A stretch of 64,000 bases of DNA from an uncultured delta proteobacterium (lineage in GTDB: Bacteria > Desulfobacterota > Desulfobacteria > Desulfobacterales > Desulfosalsimonadaceae): NCBI GenBank assembly GCA_963826785.1, contig CAWGYD010000003.1:1-64000 (forward strand). The letters run 5' to 3'. The notes under the pieces were generated by a model. That model saw only the letters and a program-made list of their open reading frames with translations, did not search any database and was not told the DNA's origin. The stretch's first letter is position 1. Each line of letters starts with the position of its first letter. Below, one piece after another: positions 1 through 9,670 of this stretch. The position numbers were made by a program, and so were the translations under genes.

Positions 1-112
1 TTCATGTATCGCTCTATTTCAGGGGTAATCTCCACCGTTTATCCTTGTATAGTATCCACTACCGCAATGAGCGCCCATCGGATGGAAGGTCCTTTGTGTC
101 CCCAAAAGCGCT

Positions 113-1103
113 TTAAAGCAACTCTTTTTTGCGGCCGGCGCCACTTGCCCGCCGATGGATCAGCCGCGGCATGAAAGATTCTTTTTCCAGCAGATGCCAG
201 ATATAGGCATCCGAAACGCTCTTTGATTCCTGAATGGATTGCCGCTTCTCCATCAGCCTTTTAAATTGACGAAAAGCATCTTTTTTCGCCTTCCAGAATG
301 TGCCTGCCTGCCCACGGATGGAAAAAAAAATAAATGAAAATAAAATATAGCAAATGTGCAGGACCGCCGTCCGGGCGATCAGCCGGGTCGGCATGTTTTT
401 CAGATAGACCCATTCCAGATTCCGGTGCCCGTAATACACAGACATCGGCGAATCATATTTCAGACTGCTGCTGACTTTATGATATACCATTGCCCCGGGA
501 ACATACAAACATCGATATCCATTCAACTGCGCCCGGAAGCTAAATCAACTCTTCATAGATCAAAAAAAATTCGAATCAAACAATCCGATATCTTCCAGCA
601 TGTTGCTCCGATAAATCGAAGCCCCTCCGCACGCACCAATACCCATTCAGTTTGATCATAATCTTCGGCCGGCATCCCCCTGCCCCTCAGGAGGCCGGCC
701 CCGGCCCGGGTATATCCGTCTTCCCGCCGGTCGATGACCTGCGGCCGGTCATGATATAGAAGCCTGCTCGTCGCAGAACCGGCCTCCGGATGGGCATCCA
801 TCTCCTTAACCAACTCCAGCAGCCAGTCCGGATGGCGATTCCGTCATTGTTCAGCAAGGCGGCATAAGGGGTGTTCACCTGAGTCAATGCGAGATTATTG
901 GCCTCACAAAACCCCCGATTTTCATCAAGGGCGATCAATCGCACCTCGGGATATCGGCTGCGAATCAGAGACTGTGAATCATCAACGGAGCCGTTATCGA
1001 CCACGATGATGGAAAATTTCCTGAACGTCTGCGCCTTAAGGCTGTCCAGGCAATCGCCTATCAGGGCGCGGCCGTTCCAGTTCACCACGATGACCGTGAC
1101 CAT
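113..1103 (-). CDS. Glycosyltransferase family 2 (rhamnosyltransferase-like), interrupted by several single-base frameshifts
   Basis: ORF pieces 687..1136, 553..813 and 113..526 join into one GT2: VIVVNWNG, VVDNGSVD, GFCEANN, LLNND, then after frame correction VFGACGGASIYR..IGLFD..FF, GYRCLYVPGAMVYH and RNLEW. ATG at 1103. Confidence 0.85.
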
Positions 1104-1140
1104 GCATTCTTTTAAATTGGGGTCAGTATAAATCAAAACC

Positions 1141-2259
1141 TTAAGATTGCCGATTTGAAAAGGAAAAATCGAGCAATTCCCATTTGCGCTGACTTATGCA
1201 CTCCACCCGGAGGGACAGGCTGTTTTTTCCCTCTTTATCGGCATCAATTTCAATATATCCGTTTTTCGCTGGCACATTCCGGGAATCATGCGAATTAAGA
1301 TGTATCCGATAAATTGAATTCTCCGGCGACACCCGCAGGGTCATCCCCAGATGTTTCTGTTCGCCATAAAGCGGAATCTGAATCCACCCCGGGCCTTCAA
1401 CCGACCGTTCATTCCGGTAAAAGCCGTATAATGTGTCAGTTGACCTTTTAATCAACCGCTTCTTAAGCTGACAGGTCCGGTCCAGAAGATTAAAAAGCAG
1501 ACTTTCCCTTTTCGTTTTTTCCGACTTGAACGCCAAGTCAAAATGATAAAAACCGGGCAAGGCGACTGGCAGGAATCGCCGGCCATATAATAGACCGATG
1601 CGCCAGATTTCCCGGTATCGCCTCAAATCGCCGCTCAAGGTTTTCGTTTCGGGGTAGTATCGAACCGCGGCCAGCGCTTGTCGTATATATTTGAATCTTG
1701 CTCCGTTCCTGGCCAGTCGGCACCACAGGTCCCAATCCATGGTATACTGCAATGCAGGATCTATACCACCTGCGGCTTCGTATGCTGCTCTTTTTACGAA
1801 ACACGCCGGCTGACAAATATAGCAGGAGGTAAAAAGCGCCTTTGCATCGTGGGCTTGTATGCCGGGGAAATAGGAAAGAAAAGCCCCTTCCGGAGTAACG
1901 TGCACGGCATCCCCATACACCACGTCCACCTCCGGGTTATTTTTAAACTCTGCAGCCACCCGGTCCAGCGCATTCGGAAAATAATAATCATCGGCATTCA
2001 GCCAGCATACGATATCCCCCTTTATTGCGGATTTCCCCTCTCGAATGGCAGACGCCTGACCGTCATCTGGTGAGGAGCGGAGATAGGTGATCATATCCTG
2101 GTAAGGGCGGACGGCCTCATCAAATTGATCATTGGAACCGCCGTCCATAACGGCCAGATTCACAGGAGTGGATTGATGGCGGATACTCTCCAGCGCATAT
2201 GGCAGAAAATGGCTCTGGTTGTAATTGGGGATAACCACCGCAATCATCAGCATGTACAA
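1141..2259 (-). CDS. Glycosyltransferase family 2 (WcaE/WfgS-like)
   Basis: Motifs VVIPNYNQ, MDGGSND, GQASAI, WLNADD, ICQPACF, MDWDLW. Confidence 0.9.
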   Translation of the reverse strand: MYMLMIAVVIPNYNQSHFLPYALESIRHQSTPVNLAVMDGGSNDQFDEAVRPYQDMITYLRSSPDDGQASAIREGKSAIKGDIVCWLNADDYYFPNALDRVAAEFKNNPEVDVVYGDAVHVTPEGAFLSYFPGIQAHDAKALFTSCYICQPACFVKRAAYEAAGGIDPALQYTMDWDLWCRLARNGARFKYIRQALAAVRYYPETKTLSGDLRRYREIWRIGLLYGRRFLPVALPGFYHFDLAFKSEKTKRESLLFNLLDRTCQLKKRLIKRSTDTLYGFYRNERSVEGPGWIQIPLYGEQKHLGMTLRVSPENSIYRIHLNSHDSRNVPAKNGYIEIDADKEGKNSLSLRVECISQRKWELLDFSFSNRQS

Positions 2260-2335
2260 ACTCTCGCCGGGGCAGCAGGTTTCACCTCAAAACGGCGGCT
2301 GATCCTCAGCCGGGCTGGACTGAACGATAAGAGGA

Positions 2336-4285
2336 TCAATATTGAAAGATTCCGGACCGGTACATTTTCTGGCAGAACACGTGCCGGTAAAGATATTTTT
2401 TGATATGGAAATTGATTTCGGCAGGCGATACCGAGCGGCCGATATATTTCTTTCGAAGCATCCCCATCTCAAGTTCCCCCTGCTGCTGCAGTTCAGCTGA
2501 AGTTTTCTGGTGCGGATGAACCCGAAATGCCCCTAAGAACCTTGGCAGCCGCTTGAAACGGGCGCCGGCTTCGCGCAGCCGGAGCAGCAGTTCCCAGTCC
2601 ATGGCAAATTTATATCCCGCGTCCACATACCCCCCGGCCTTCTCCCAGATACTCCGCCGCCAGAAAAGCGTTTCCTGGGGAATATAATCCGCCCAAAGCA
2701 GGATATCATTATCATGGGGCGGAAGTACCCATCTGCCGATTTCCTGATCATATTCATCAATCAATACCCGGTGCCCGTAAACCACATCGATTTCAGGATG
2801 GGATTTAAAATAACGGGCCACATAGTGCAGCGTACCCGGCAACAGGAGATCATCGGAGTTCAGATAAGACATGATGCTTCCGGTGGAACGCCCCAACCCT
2901 GTGTTGATGGCATCCGCCTGCCCCTCGTCCTTTACCGATTCCCATCGGGCCAGCCGGTCTGAAAAACTTTTAAGAATGTCGGCGGTGCCGTCGTCGGATC
3001 CGCCGTCCTGGACAATGTACTCGAGATTTGGATATCCCTGTGAAAGGACGCTTTCCAGTGTCCGGCCGATGAATTCAGCCTGATTGTAAGAAGGCGTGGC
3101 AACGGAAATAAGGGGCCAGTCTTGATTCGGGGCGATGCCCTTTTGATTCTTGTACTTTTCGGGGACTTTCATGGGCCGCGGCGGATAATGGTACAGAACT
3201 CCCAGTCGGGGTTGGAGCCACATCCTAATTTTTGCCGAAATCCCCTGCCGCTCCTGATAGGCGCGGATGGCGTTTTCCTGCTGGCCGATCACCATCAGAC
3301 GGGACTCGGCCACCGCATTTGCCTTTTCAATATGGTTCTGCTTTTCGATCAGCAGTTGATTCAAGGTATCGATATGGGCTTCTTTTTCCGCTACGACAGC
3401 CTTCAGGCTGTCAAGATGGGATTCAAAGCCCGTTCGGATGGACGCATGGGCCGATTCAAACTGTTGAACCAGATAAAGCCGCTGCTGAGCCACGGCGCCG
3501 ATGTTTTCGATTTCCACCTGCTTTAAGGCGATCTCTTTTTCCTTGAGCTGGATCTCCCTGTCCTTGATCTGCAGATCTTTTTCCAGCAAAAGGCTTGATG
3601 CACTTAAAGCTTTGATTTCCGTTTCCTTTGCCTCCATCTCCGCAAACAGGTCCGATTTCTGCCGGTAGATGTCCATCACGCGCAGCCAGTCCACCCCATG
3701 CTCGTGGGCGTATTGTTTCACCTCGGGTTTAAGTACAGCCGGAAAAAAGAGGATTGTGTCGTTTAGCACCAGCAAAGCATGTGCTTTGCTGAGTTCAACC
3801 ATCAGTTGGAATATTTCATCCAGATCCGGCCATTGGGAATAATCATGGGGGACGCCCGGCGGGCTCAAAAAAAGGCGCGCGTCATCGATTGCGATGACGC
3901 TTTTTTCGTTTAAGTGCCCGATGGCGCGAAGTTCGGCAGTCAGGGAACACTGTGACGTGATTCCGGCCGTGGAATCGGCATCACACCAGTGTGAATCGAG
4001 AAAAAAGAGCACCGATTTCTCTTTCAGCTTGGACATCAGCTTGGGCAGAATCACACCGGCATCACCCTGTAAAATGGAAACCTGAGAATCGCCTTGAAAC
4101 CGGGACGCCGCTTTCTTTGCAAAAAAATCTGATAATTCAATGGAATAGAGCCGTTTGAAATAAGGTTTTACCCGATCAATTGAATCTCCCTCGTACGTGC
4201 CGGTTTCCACAAACGTATCCAGCGGCAGGATGCCGGATAGAAACTGAACCAGGTGCTCATCGATTGAAAAATGTATTGCGCCCAT
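2336..4285 (-). CDS. Multidomain protein: SAM-dependent methyltransferase-like domain + coiled coil + GT2 domain
   Basis: N-terminus FVETGTYEGD, SIEL, GDAG, FFLDSH, IDDARLF; central E/K/Q-rich heptads; C-terminus ISVATPSYNQ, QDGGSDD, YLNSDD, IPQETLFWR, MDWELL. Confidence 0.85.
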   Translation of the reverse strand: MGAIHFSIDEHLVQFLSGILPLDTFVETGTYEGDSIDRVKPYFKRLYSIELSDFFAKKAASRFQGDSQVSILQGDAGVILPKLMSKLKEKSVLFFLDSHWCDADSTAGITSQCSLTAELRAIGHLNEKSVIAIDDARLFLSPPGVPHDYSQWPDLDEIFQLMVELSKAHALLVLNDTILFFPAVLKPEVKQYAHEHGVDWLRVMDIYRQKSDLFAEMEAKETEIKALSASSLLLEKDLQIKDREIQLKEKEIALKQVEIENIGAVAQQRLYLVQQFESAHASIRTGFESHLDSLKAVVAEKEAHIDTLNQLLIEKQNHIEKANAVAESRLMVIGQQENAIRAYQERQGISAKIRMWLQPRLGVLYHYPPRPMKVPEKYKNQKGIAPNQDWPLISVATPSYNQAEFIGRTLESVLSQGYPNLEYIVQDGGSDDGTADILKSFSDRLARWESVKDEGQADAINTGLGRSTGSIMSYLNSDDLLLPGTLHYVARYFKSHPEIDVVYGHRVLIDEYDQEIGRWVLPPHDNDILLWADYIPQETLFWRRSIWEKAGGYVDAGYKFAMDWELLLRLREAGARFKRLPRFLGAFRVHPHQKTSAELQQQGELEMGMLRKKYIGRSVSPAEINFHIKKYLYRHVFCQKMYRSGIFQY

Positions 4286-4294
4286 AAAAAATCC

Positions 4295-5256
4295 CTATTT
4301 TTGCCCCTGCACCTGTTCCTGGAGCGTTTGAATAATCGCGGCGCGCTTTTCCGCCTCTTCATTGATGCGTTCAATCAATGCAAGCCGCTCGTCGCAAACG
4401 CCTCGAAGCAGTTCGATCTCTTCAGCCATCCGGGTGAGCAAAGACTCGTCGCCCCCCCGGCTGCGCCGCAGGCCCTGCCAAACAATTCTTTTTCACTTTC
4501 AACCACCATCTCCAGCAGTATGGCAAACGCTTTCTGATAAACCGAATCGTTCATGAAGATCAGGTTTCCCCACTGGGCATCAAAGAACCCGCAGGGCCCC
4601 AGCGAGATCAGTTCCGACGCGCCATGTCTTTTTATGGCCATATAATGCTCGTATCCAAGCCCGGTTTTAACGGCGTCGATTAAAACCGAAGGATTTGCCT
4701 CCTCCCATCCGGCATAAATTCCCGGGGTGAAAAATTCACATATCAGAACTTCCGGACGAACATCGCCCAGGCCGGAAATCACGCGAAAATCATTTCCCTC
4801 GGTATCGATTTTGAGAATACCGGGAGCTTTCGGAATAATCTTCTCCCTGAGAAGGCTGTCCAGGCTTCTGCATTCGACCGGAATCGTCTCCTGATGCAAA
4901 ACCCGCGGGTCATTTTCCAGATAATGCAGGGAATGATAATAATCCTGAATATTCCCGTCCGGATCACAGGCGATATGCAAATCGGCCATACGATCGCATG
5001 TGTCGATGGCATAAGGGAAAAAGGTTATGCCGGTCTTCTGCGAAAAAGCTTCCAAAGCCGGCTGATGTTTTGGGCAGGGCTCAAAAATGACCCCATCGAA
5101 TCCTAAATTTCTCAAAAATCCGGCAAAGGCCCCTCTTTCCGCCCCCACATCGATAAACGTGCGGTTCTTAAGAAACTTAACCAGGCTTTTTAGAATCTGA
5201 AATTCCGATTCCTGGGCATACCACTCGGTGTCTTCTATTTTCTGATCTGCCGCCAT
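4295..5256 (-). CDS. FkbM-family methyltransferase with C-terminal coiled coil (frameshift near 4455)
   Basis: FIDVGAERG, FEP, LKIDTEGND. A frame change at the C7 run (4452-4458) extends it with ESLLTRMAEEIELLRGVCDERLALIERINEEAEKRAAIIQTLQEQVQGQK to TAG at 4295, 10 nt before the next ATG. Confidence 0.8.
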
Positions 5257-6140
5257 CAGAAATCCGCGCCCCCGGAAGCATTCATCTTCCCGTGCAGCCT
5301 GTTGATCAACTCCAGGCGCTCTTCGCAGACCACCTGGAGGCGTTCGATCAAATCCTGGCGTTCATTGCAGATACTCATCAAATGATCATTCTCCGTTTTC
5401 AAACTTCCAATCAACTCCCGAATTTCACGAAGCACCGCCTTCAGGGTTTCAGGAACCGCCGAGGCCCCGTCCAGCCCATATCCCAACCGATCCATGAGAG
5501 CACCATGCAGCGCCCTGAAGAGAAAGGAAACGGCTTCCGTCCAATCGGCATCGGGCTGGAACTGCATGGCCCGGTCATTGAAAAAATTGGGTTCGTATTT
5601 TTTCAGTTGATTCAAAGGGTTTTCCCACGGCCTGATCTCTTTTTCATATCCGACGAAAGCCGCAATCGTTTGCAGCTGATCGAAAGTCACATCCACCAGC
5701 TGCTCAAACCGGACGCTGATTTTTTTTAATCCTGTACGATCGTTCCATTGATGATAGTGATCCGACCAGCCGCCGTATGGGTCCAATCCCAGAATCAGAG
5801 AAACCAGCGACACGTTCCGGTCGTTGTAATCCCGGTGAAATTTACGATAGCTCTGCAGCGCAGCCCGCCCATCCCGAATCACATATATAAACGGCTGGGT
5901 GTCGATGGGGTTCCGGTGGGTCTTGACCAGGTATACGTCAGGTGATGACGATGCCCGCTCGTAAAAAGAATCCCAGGGTTCCGCATACTCCTTGTGGCCG
6001 ATCAGGTCCGGGTTGCGCCGGAATTCACTTTCCCGCCGGACCGGTTCGTCAGAACTGGAGTAAATTCCGAAACATCGCCTGCAGATGGTCCGCAAAAGGG
6101 TGTTTCCGGATCGGGGGTATGAGGCCAGCCAGATAATCAT
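5256..6140 (-). CDS. PAPS-dependent sulfotransferase with C-terminal coiled coil
   Basis: MIIWLASYPRSGNTLLR (5'-PSB loop), VKTH, YVIRDGR (3'-PB motif), VRFEQL; stop overlaps the next start (TGATG). Confidence 0.85.
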   Translation of the reverse strand: MIIWLASYPRSGNTLLRTICRRCFGIYSSSDEPVRRESEFRRNPDLIGHKEYAEPWDSFYERASSSPDVYLVKTHRNPIDTQPFIYVIRDGRAALQSYRKFHRDYNDRNVSLVSLILGLDPYGGWSDHYHQWNDRTGLKKISVRFEQLVDVTFDQLQTIAAFVGYEKEIRPWENPLNQLKKYEPNFFNDRAMQFQPDADWTEAVSFLFRALHGALMDRLGYGLDGASAVPETLKAVLREIRELIGSLKTENDHLMSICNERQDLIERLQVVCEERLELINRLHGKMNASGGADF

Positions 6141-6349
6141 AACACCGGTATTCCTGCCATCCTTACAAGGGGACGTGCTTCGCCGCAATTACGAGGATTC
6201 ATGACAGATCCCGCACAAACTGATTGTATACCACACGCCGCTTGACACACACAATATTTAGCTGTTAATGATACGGTTAAATTCTTCATCCGCATATGAT
6301 TTTTGCATCCTGAATTCAAACACCCAAGATAAAAGGAAAGTAGATAAAC

Positions 6350-6784
6350 ATGAAACTGACGTCCCGTCAAACAAAACTCTTCTCACTGGTTCTGATCATC
6401 GTGTTTGCAGGTCTGAGCGCCTGTTCCACCTTTCAACGCAAACCCCCTCAGGAGGCGCTTAAGGAACGAGTTGAAGGGCTGATGGAGGCCAAGGTCAACA
6501 ACAACTGGACCAAAGTCTATACCTTCTATGATCCAAACTTCAAGAAAACCACGACCCAGGAAGGCTTTGCCGGCATGAACCGGGGCGTTTCCTTTTCAAA
6601 CTTTTCCATCGAATCCATAGATATCGCTCCGTCCGGCACCGAAGCCACGGTAAAGGTCAAGTATGATGTCAGCATGAAAGGCTTTGACTTCAAAGGCACA
6701 CCGGAAATTCAGAAATGGATCAAGGAAGGTTCCCATTGGTATCTTCATATCAAGCCCATAAATTCCGATAATCCTCTCGGATAA
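6350..6784 (+). CDS. Small lipoprotein of unknown function (possibly NTF2-like fold)
   Basis: AAGGA RBS; hydrophobic signal ending in lipobox LSAC; 144 aa. Confidence 0.75.
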   Translation: MKLTSRQTKLFSLVLIIVFAGLSACSTFQRKPPQEALKERVEGLMEAKVNNNWTKVYTFYDPNFKKTTTQEGFAGMNRGVSFSNFSIESIDIAPSGTEATVKVKYDVSMKGFDFKGTPEIQKWIKEGSHWYLHIKPINSDNPLG

Positions 6785-6802
6785 TCCCGCGCACAAAAAT
6801 AC

Positions 6803-6833
6803 GGGGGGGGGCTGAAAAATTTTTCGCCCCCCC
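6803..6833. terminator. GC-rich hairpin between convergent genes, probable terminator
   Basis: GGGGGGGGGCTGAAAAATTTTTCGCCCCCCC inverted repeat just after the lipoprotein stop. Confidence 0.5.
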
Positions 6834-6951
6834 AATGAATTTCCTCTTTTACCAATCGCCTCAGTCAAGAATCCCTGCTCCCGCCAAAACGCAAGGCGCA
6901 CAGAATGCGATTTTATTTTTGCCGGCTACGCTCTGTCAGGACATCATATAC

Positions 6952-9441
6952 TTACATGTTTGCGCCCGCCACCATTTCCACCTTCGGCACTCCTTTGATC
7001 ATGTTGCCCATCATGTAAAAACCACCGATGGGGGCGTCCGCGCCCAGAACGTCTTTTCCTTCGAACCGGATAAACTCGATTTTTGAAACCGCATCCGGAA
7101 AGGCCTGTTCCACTCGGAAAACGGTATATGCGCCCGGCGCCATTGTCTCTGATTTAGTAGCCATCGCGTCGCCGTTTGCGCCATAAGGGGTCATGTTCAC
7201 CTGCACCTCATAATCAGCGGGGTTGCAGATCACGATGCCGGTCCAGAAGTATCCGCCTTTCCCTGCAAAATGGGGAAGAACCAATCCCGCCTTAAAAGAT
7301 TGTGCATCCATGAGCGGATAAAACGCCTCGTCGCCTCCGTAAGGGGGGGAATAGCTGTAATATCCGGCTATCGGATTCTCTCCGAAAATCTTTAAAATCG
7401 ACCGGTCCAGATCTCCGCCGAGATTGCCGAAGGCGGTAGAAAGATTAATTACCCGCTTTTCTCTGGGCTCCAAGGTGATGTTCAGATCATTTTTCGTGTT
7501 CAGCGCGGAGCGGACCGGATGTAATATGACGTTATTGGTCATGTCGCTCGGATTTATCAGGGTCAGGCTGGTTTCCCACCATCCCAGGGTAGGCGTGATA
7601 TGGGGAACATAGCAAACATTTCCGTCCACCGGCAGAGCAAACAAGGTTTCGAGTGCATTTCGTGTTCCCGCGGTGTTGCTGATTTTCTCATATGCGGAAA
7701 GCAGGCTCCCTTCGGGTGCGGAGACATCGATCCAGCCGCCGTCAGGCATATGGTAGAACGGCCGCTGACCGGGTATGATATCGTACCGGCTTCCGGGAGA
7801 AACCGTCGCTTCGGTTTCCAGGACCATCAGCCCGGTCGAATCATAAATTTTGATCACGACCGTCGCATCCGAAAACGATTCATTGAAAACCGCTCCGGTC
7901 ATCTGCCGGGAAAATGTATTTTCACTGAAGGTATCCGGTATGACCAGACGGCTGCCCCATGCGTCCCCCTGGACCTGGGCGGCCATGGGCTGCTGATCGG
8001 CGCCGAGAATGTTGAGCATACTCACCGGCTGATCGGCCATCAGCTTCAGTGAAGTGGTATCGCCATACTCATGCTTGCGCCAGGGCAGATCCTCAAACAT
8101 GAGCACCCGTTTTTCCCCGGGGGCAAATGTTGACGGACCGAAAACCGTCTGCAGCGGATGGCCGTCAGGCATGCATGTGGCAAGCGTCACTTTTTCCACC
8201 GGCGCGTTGCCGGCATTGGTGATCACCACCCCGGACCAGGGCCCGTTCTTGGGAATATAGGGCATCAATGATGAAAACGACGCGGTCCTGTCGATGGTCA
8301 GATCATAGATGTTGGGATCCCCATAATTGGTTTGGGAAAGGGAGATGGTATAAGGGGGATTTTCAACCTCGATCACCTCTTCAAGCGGCACCCGGTTTGA
8401 CATGACTTGCGAGAATACCGGATTGCCGTCTTTGTCCGAGACCGAAATATCGATTGCCTGATCACTGGTATCGTCCTTTCCGAGCTTAAAATAGATCAGG
8501 TCCCCGGCCGGGGCATTAACCATGTATTGGTCCTGATCGAGAAGCACCAGGTGATAGGTGCCGGGCTGGATGTTCACCGCTGGATTTCCGGGCATCTCCA
8601 AAAAATCGTCTTTGGACTGGGCGATCTTTTTAACGGTAGCATAGTCCAGGTAGGGATTCCGGGGCGATGTGTTGATCGGGAAAGAAAGGTTTTCCGGGTG
8701 ATCGCCGATGCTGGTTCCGGTCCAGGCGCCACCGGTAATCTCATTTATGCTGTTGAGATAAAGGTCATAGGTTAAGGTCTTTGATGCGGGAAGGGTGCCG
8801 ATGTAATCCGGGGTGACATTGTCTAAAGCATAATAAATCCTAACATTTACGGATTCGATCTGTCCGCTGCGGGTCGTCTGCATTTCGTAGCGGTAAATGG
8901 GATGGTACCACACCTCCGCACCGGGGTCCATATCCGCGGTAAAGGCCACTCCCTGATCCCCGATATAATCGAGCAGCCAGAAATGAAAATCAACCGGATC
9001 GTCACCCGAGGCATGGGTCACATCGCCCCAGTCATGGCAGACCGTCAGCAGGCCCTTCTTATCTCCCACCCGGAACAGAAGATTATCGATCGATGAGGGC
9101 AGAATATCATAGTTTTCCTTGACGGAAGCCCTGGCCCAGTAGGGGCACAATCCCCACCAGTCCTCCCCCGAAGGTTTATAGTACATGCTCATGTACCAGG
9201 TGATCAAAGGCCCCGAGGTGATCCCTTCCGTGTATAAAAGGTATTTTTCCAGGGGAGCGGGATGATCCCGATAATCCCGCCCAGTGGCCAGACCGCCGCT
9301 TCTAAACGGCCACCACCAGCCTGACCAGGGGGTGTATCTGGCCTGGGCACAATAGGCATCACATGAAATGAGCAGAATAAACAAGCCGCTCAGTACGGCA
9401 AGAGGATATGATATCTTTTTACATACCGGTTTGGGTGCCAC
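6952..9441 (-). CDS. Secreted 829-aa protein: N-terminal GP42/TGase_elicitor-like transglutaminase domain + four repeated beta-rich domains
   Basis: Signal peptide; PWSGWWWP, PLEKY, WWGLCPYWA, FRVGDKKGLL, EVWYHPIYRY, YDLYLN..ITGGAW, HPENL resemble GP42-family motifs; C-terminal repeats of L-x-x-P-x-(F/I)...W-(S/T)...(I/L)-x-N. Confidence 0.65.
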   Translation of the reverse strand: MAPKPVCKKISYPLAVLSGLFILLISCDAYCAQARYTPWSGWWWPFRSGGLATGRDYRDHPAPLEKYLLYTEGITSGPLITWYMSMYYKPSGEDWWGLCPYWARASVKENYDILPSSIDNLLFRVGDKKGLLTVCHDWGDVTHASGDDPVDFHFWLLDYIGDQGVAFTADMDPGAEVWYHPIYRYEMQTTRSGQIESVNVRIYYALDNVTPDYIGTLPASKTLTYDLYLNSINEITGGAWTGTSIGDHPENLSFPINTSPRNPYLDYATVKKIAQSKDDFLEMPGNPAVNIQPGTYHLVLLDQDQYMVNAPAGDLIYFKLGKDDTSDQAIDISVSDKDGNPVFSQVMSNRVPLEEVIEVENPPYTISLSQTNYGDPNIYDLTIDRTASFSSLMPYIPKNGPWSGVVITNAGNAPVEKVTLATCMPDGHPLQTVFGPSTFAPGEKRVLMFEDLPWRKHEYGDTTSLKLMADQPVSMLNILGADQQPMAAQVQGDAWGSRLVIPDTFSENTFSRQMTGAVFNESFSDATVVIKIYDSTGLMVLETEATVSPGSRYDIIPGQRPFYHMPDGGWIDVSAPEGSLLSAYEKISNTAGTRNALETLFALPVDGNVCYVPHITPTLGWWETSLTLINPSDMTNNVILHPVRSALNTKNDLNITLEPREKRVINLSTAFGNLGGDLDRSILKIFGENPIAGYYSYSPPYGGDEAFYPLMDAQSFKAGLVLPHFAGKGGYFWTGIVICNPADYEVQVNMTPYGANGDAMATKSETMAPGAYTVFRVEQAFPDAVSKIEFIRFEGKDVLGADAPIGGFYMMGNMIKGVPKVEMVAGANM

Positions 9442-9670
9442 TTTATAGATCCATCAGGTTTAAATATTTACAGGGATTCCGTACGCCTATGAAAAGAAGA
9501 GGGATATGTTTCCCAGTGAGTTTGAAACAAACGTCTCTTGCCTTTTAAAGGGAGGAGGAACGTTGGATTTTCCGAGTCAGGAAGAACCATTTTGAATGGT
9601 ACTTCCGGATTGATCATGGGGGCTGAAGGGATTAACGCCCCTGAAAGGTTATCTTGATCATCCGGACAGA

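Noticed and set aside
1..112. Possible start of another minus-strand gene at the window edge
   Set aside because: Only about a dozen codons are visible, so it cannot be supported.
6291..6308. CGCATATGATTTTTGCAT as a fourth sigma-54 promoter
   Set aside because: It has the -12 TTGCA but CA instead of the invariant GG at -24.
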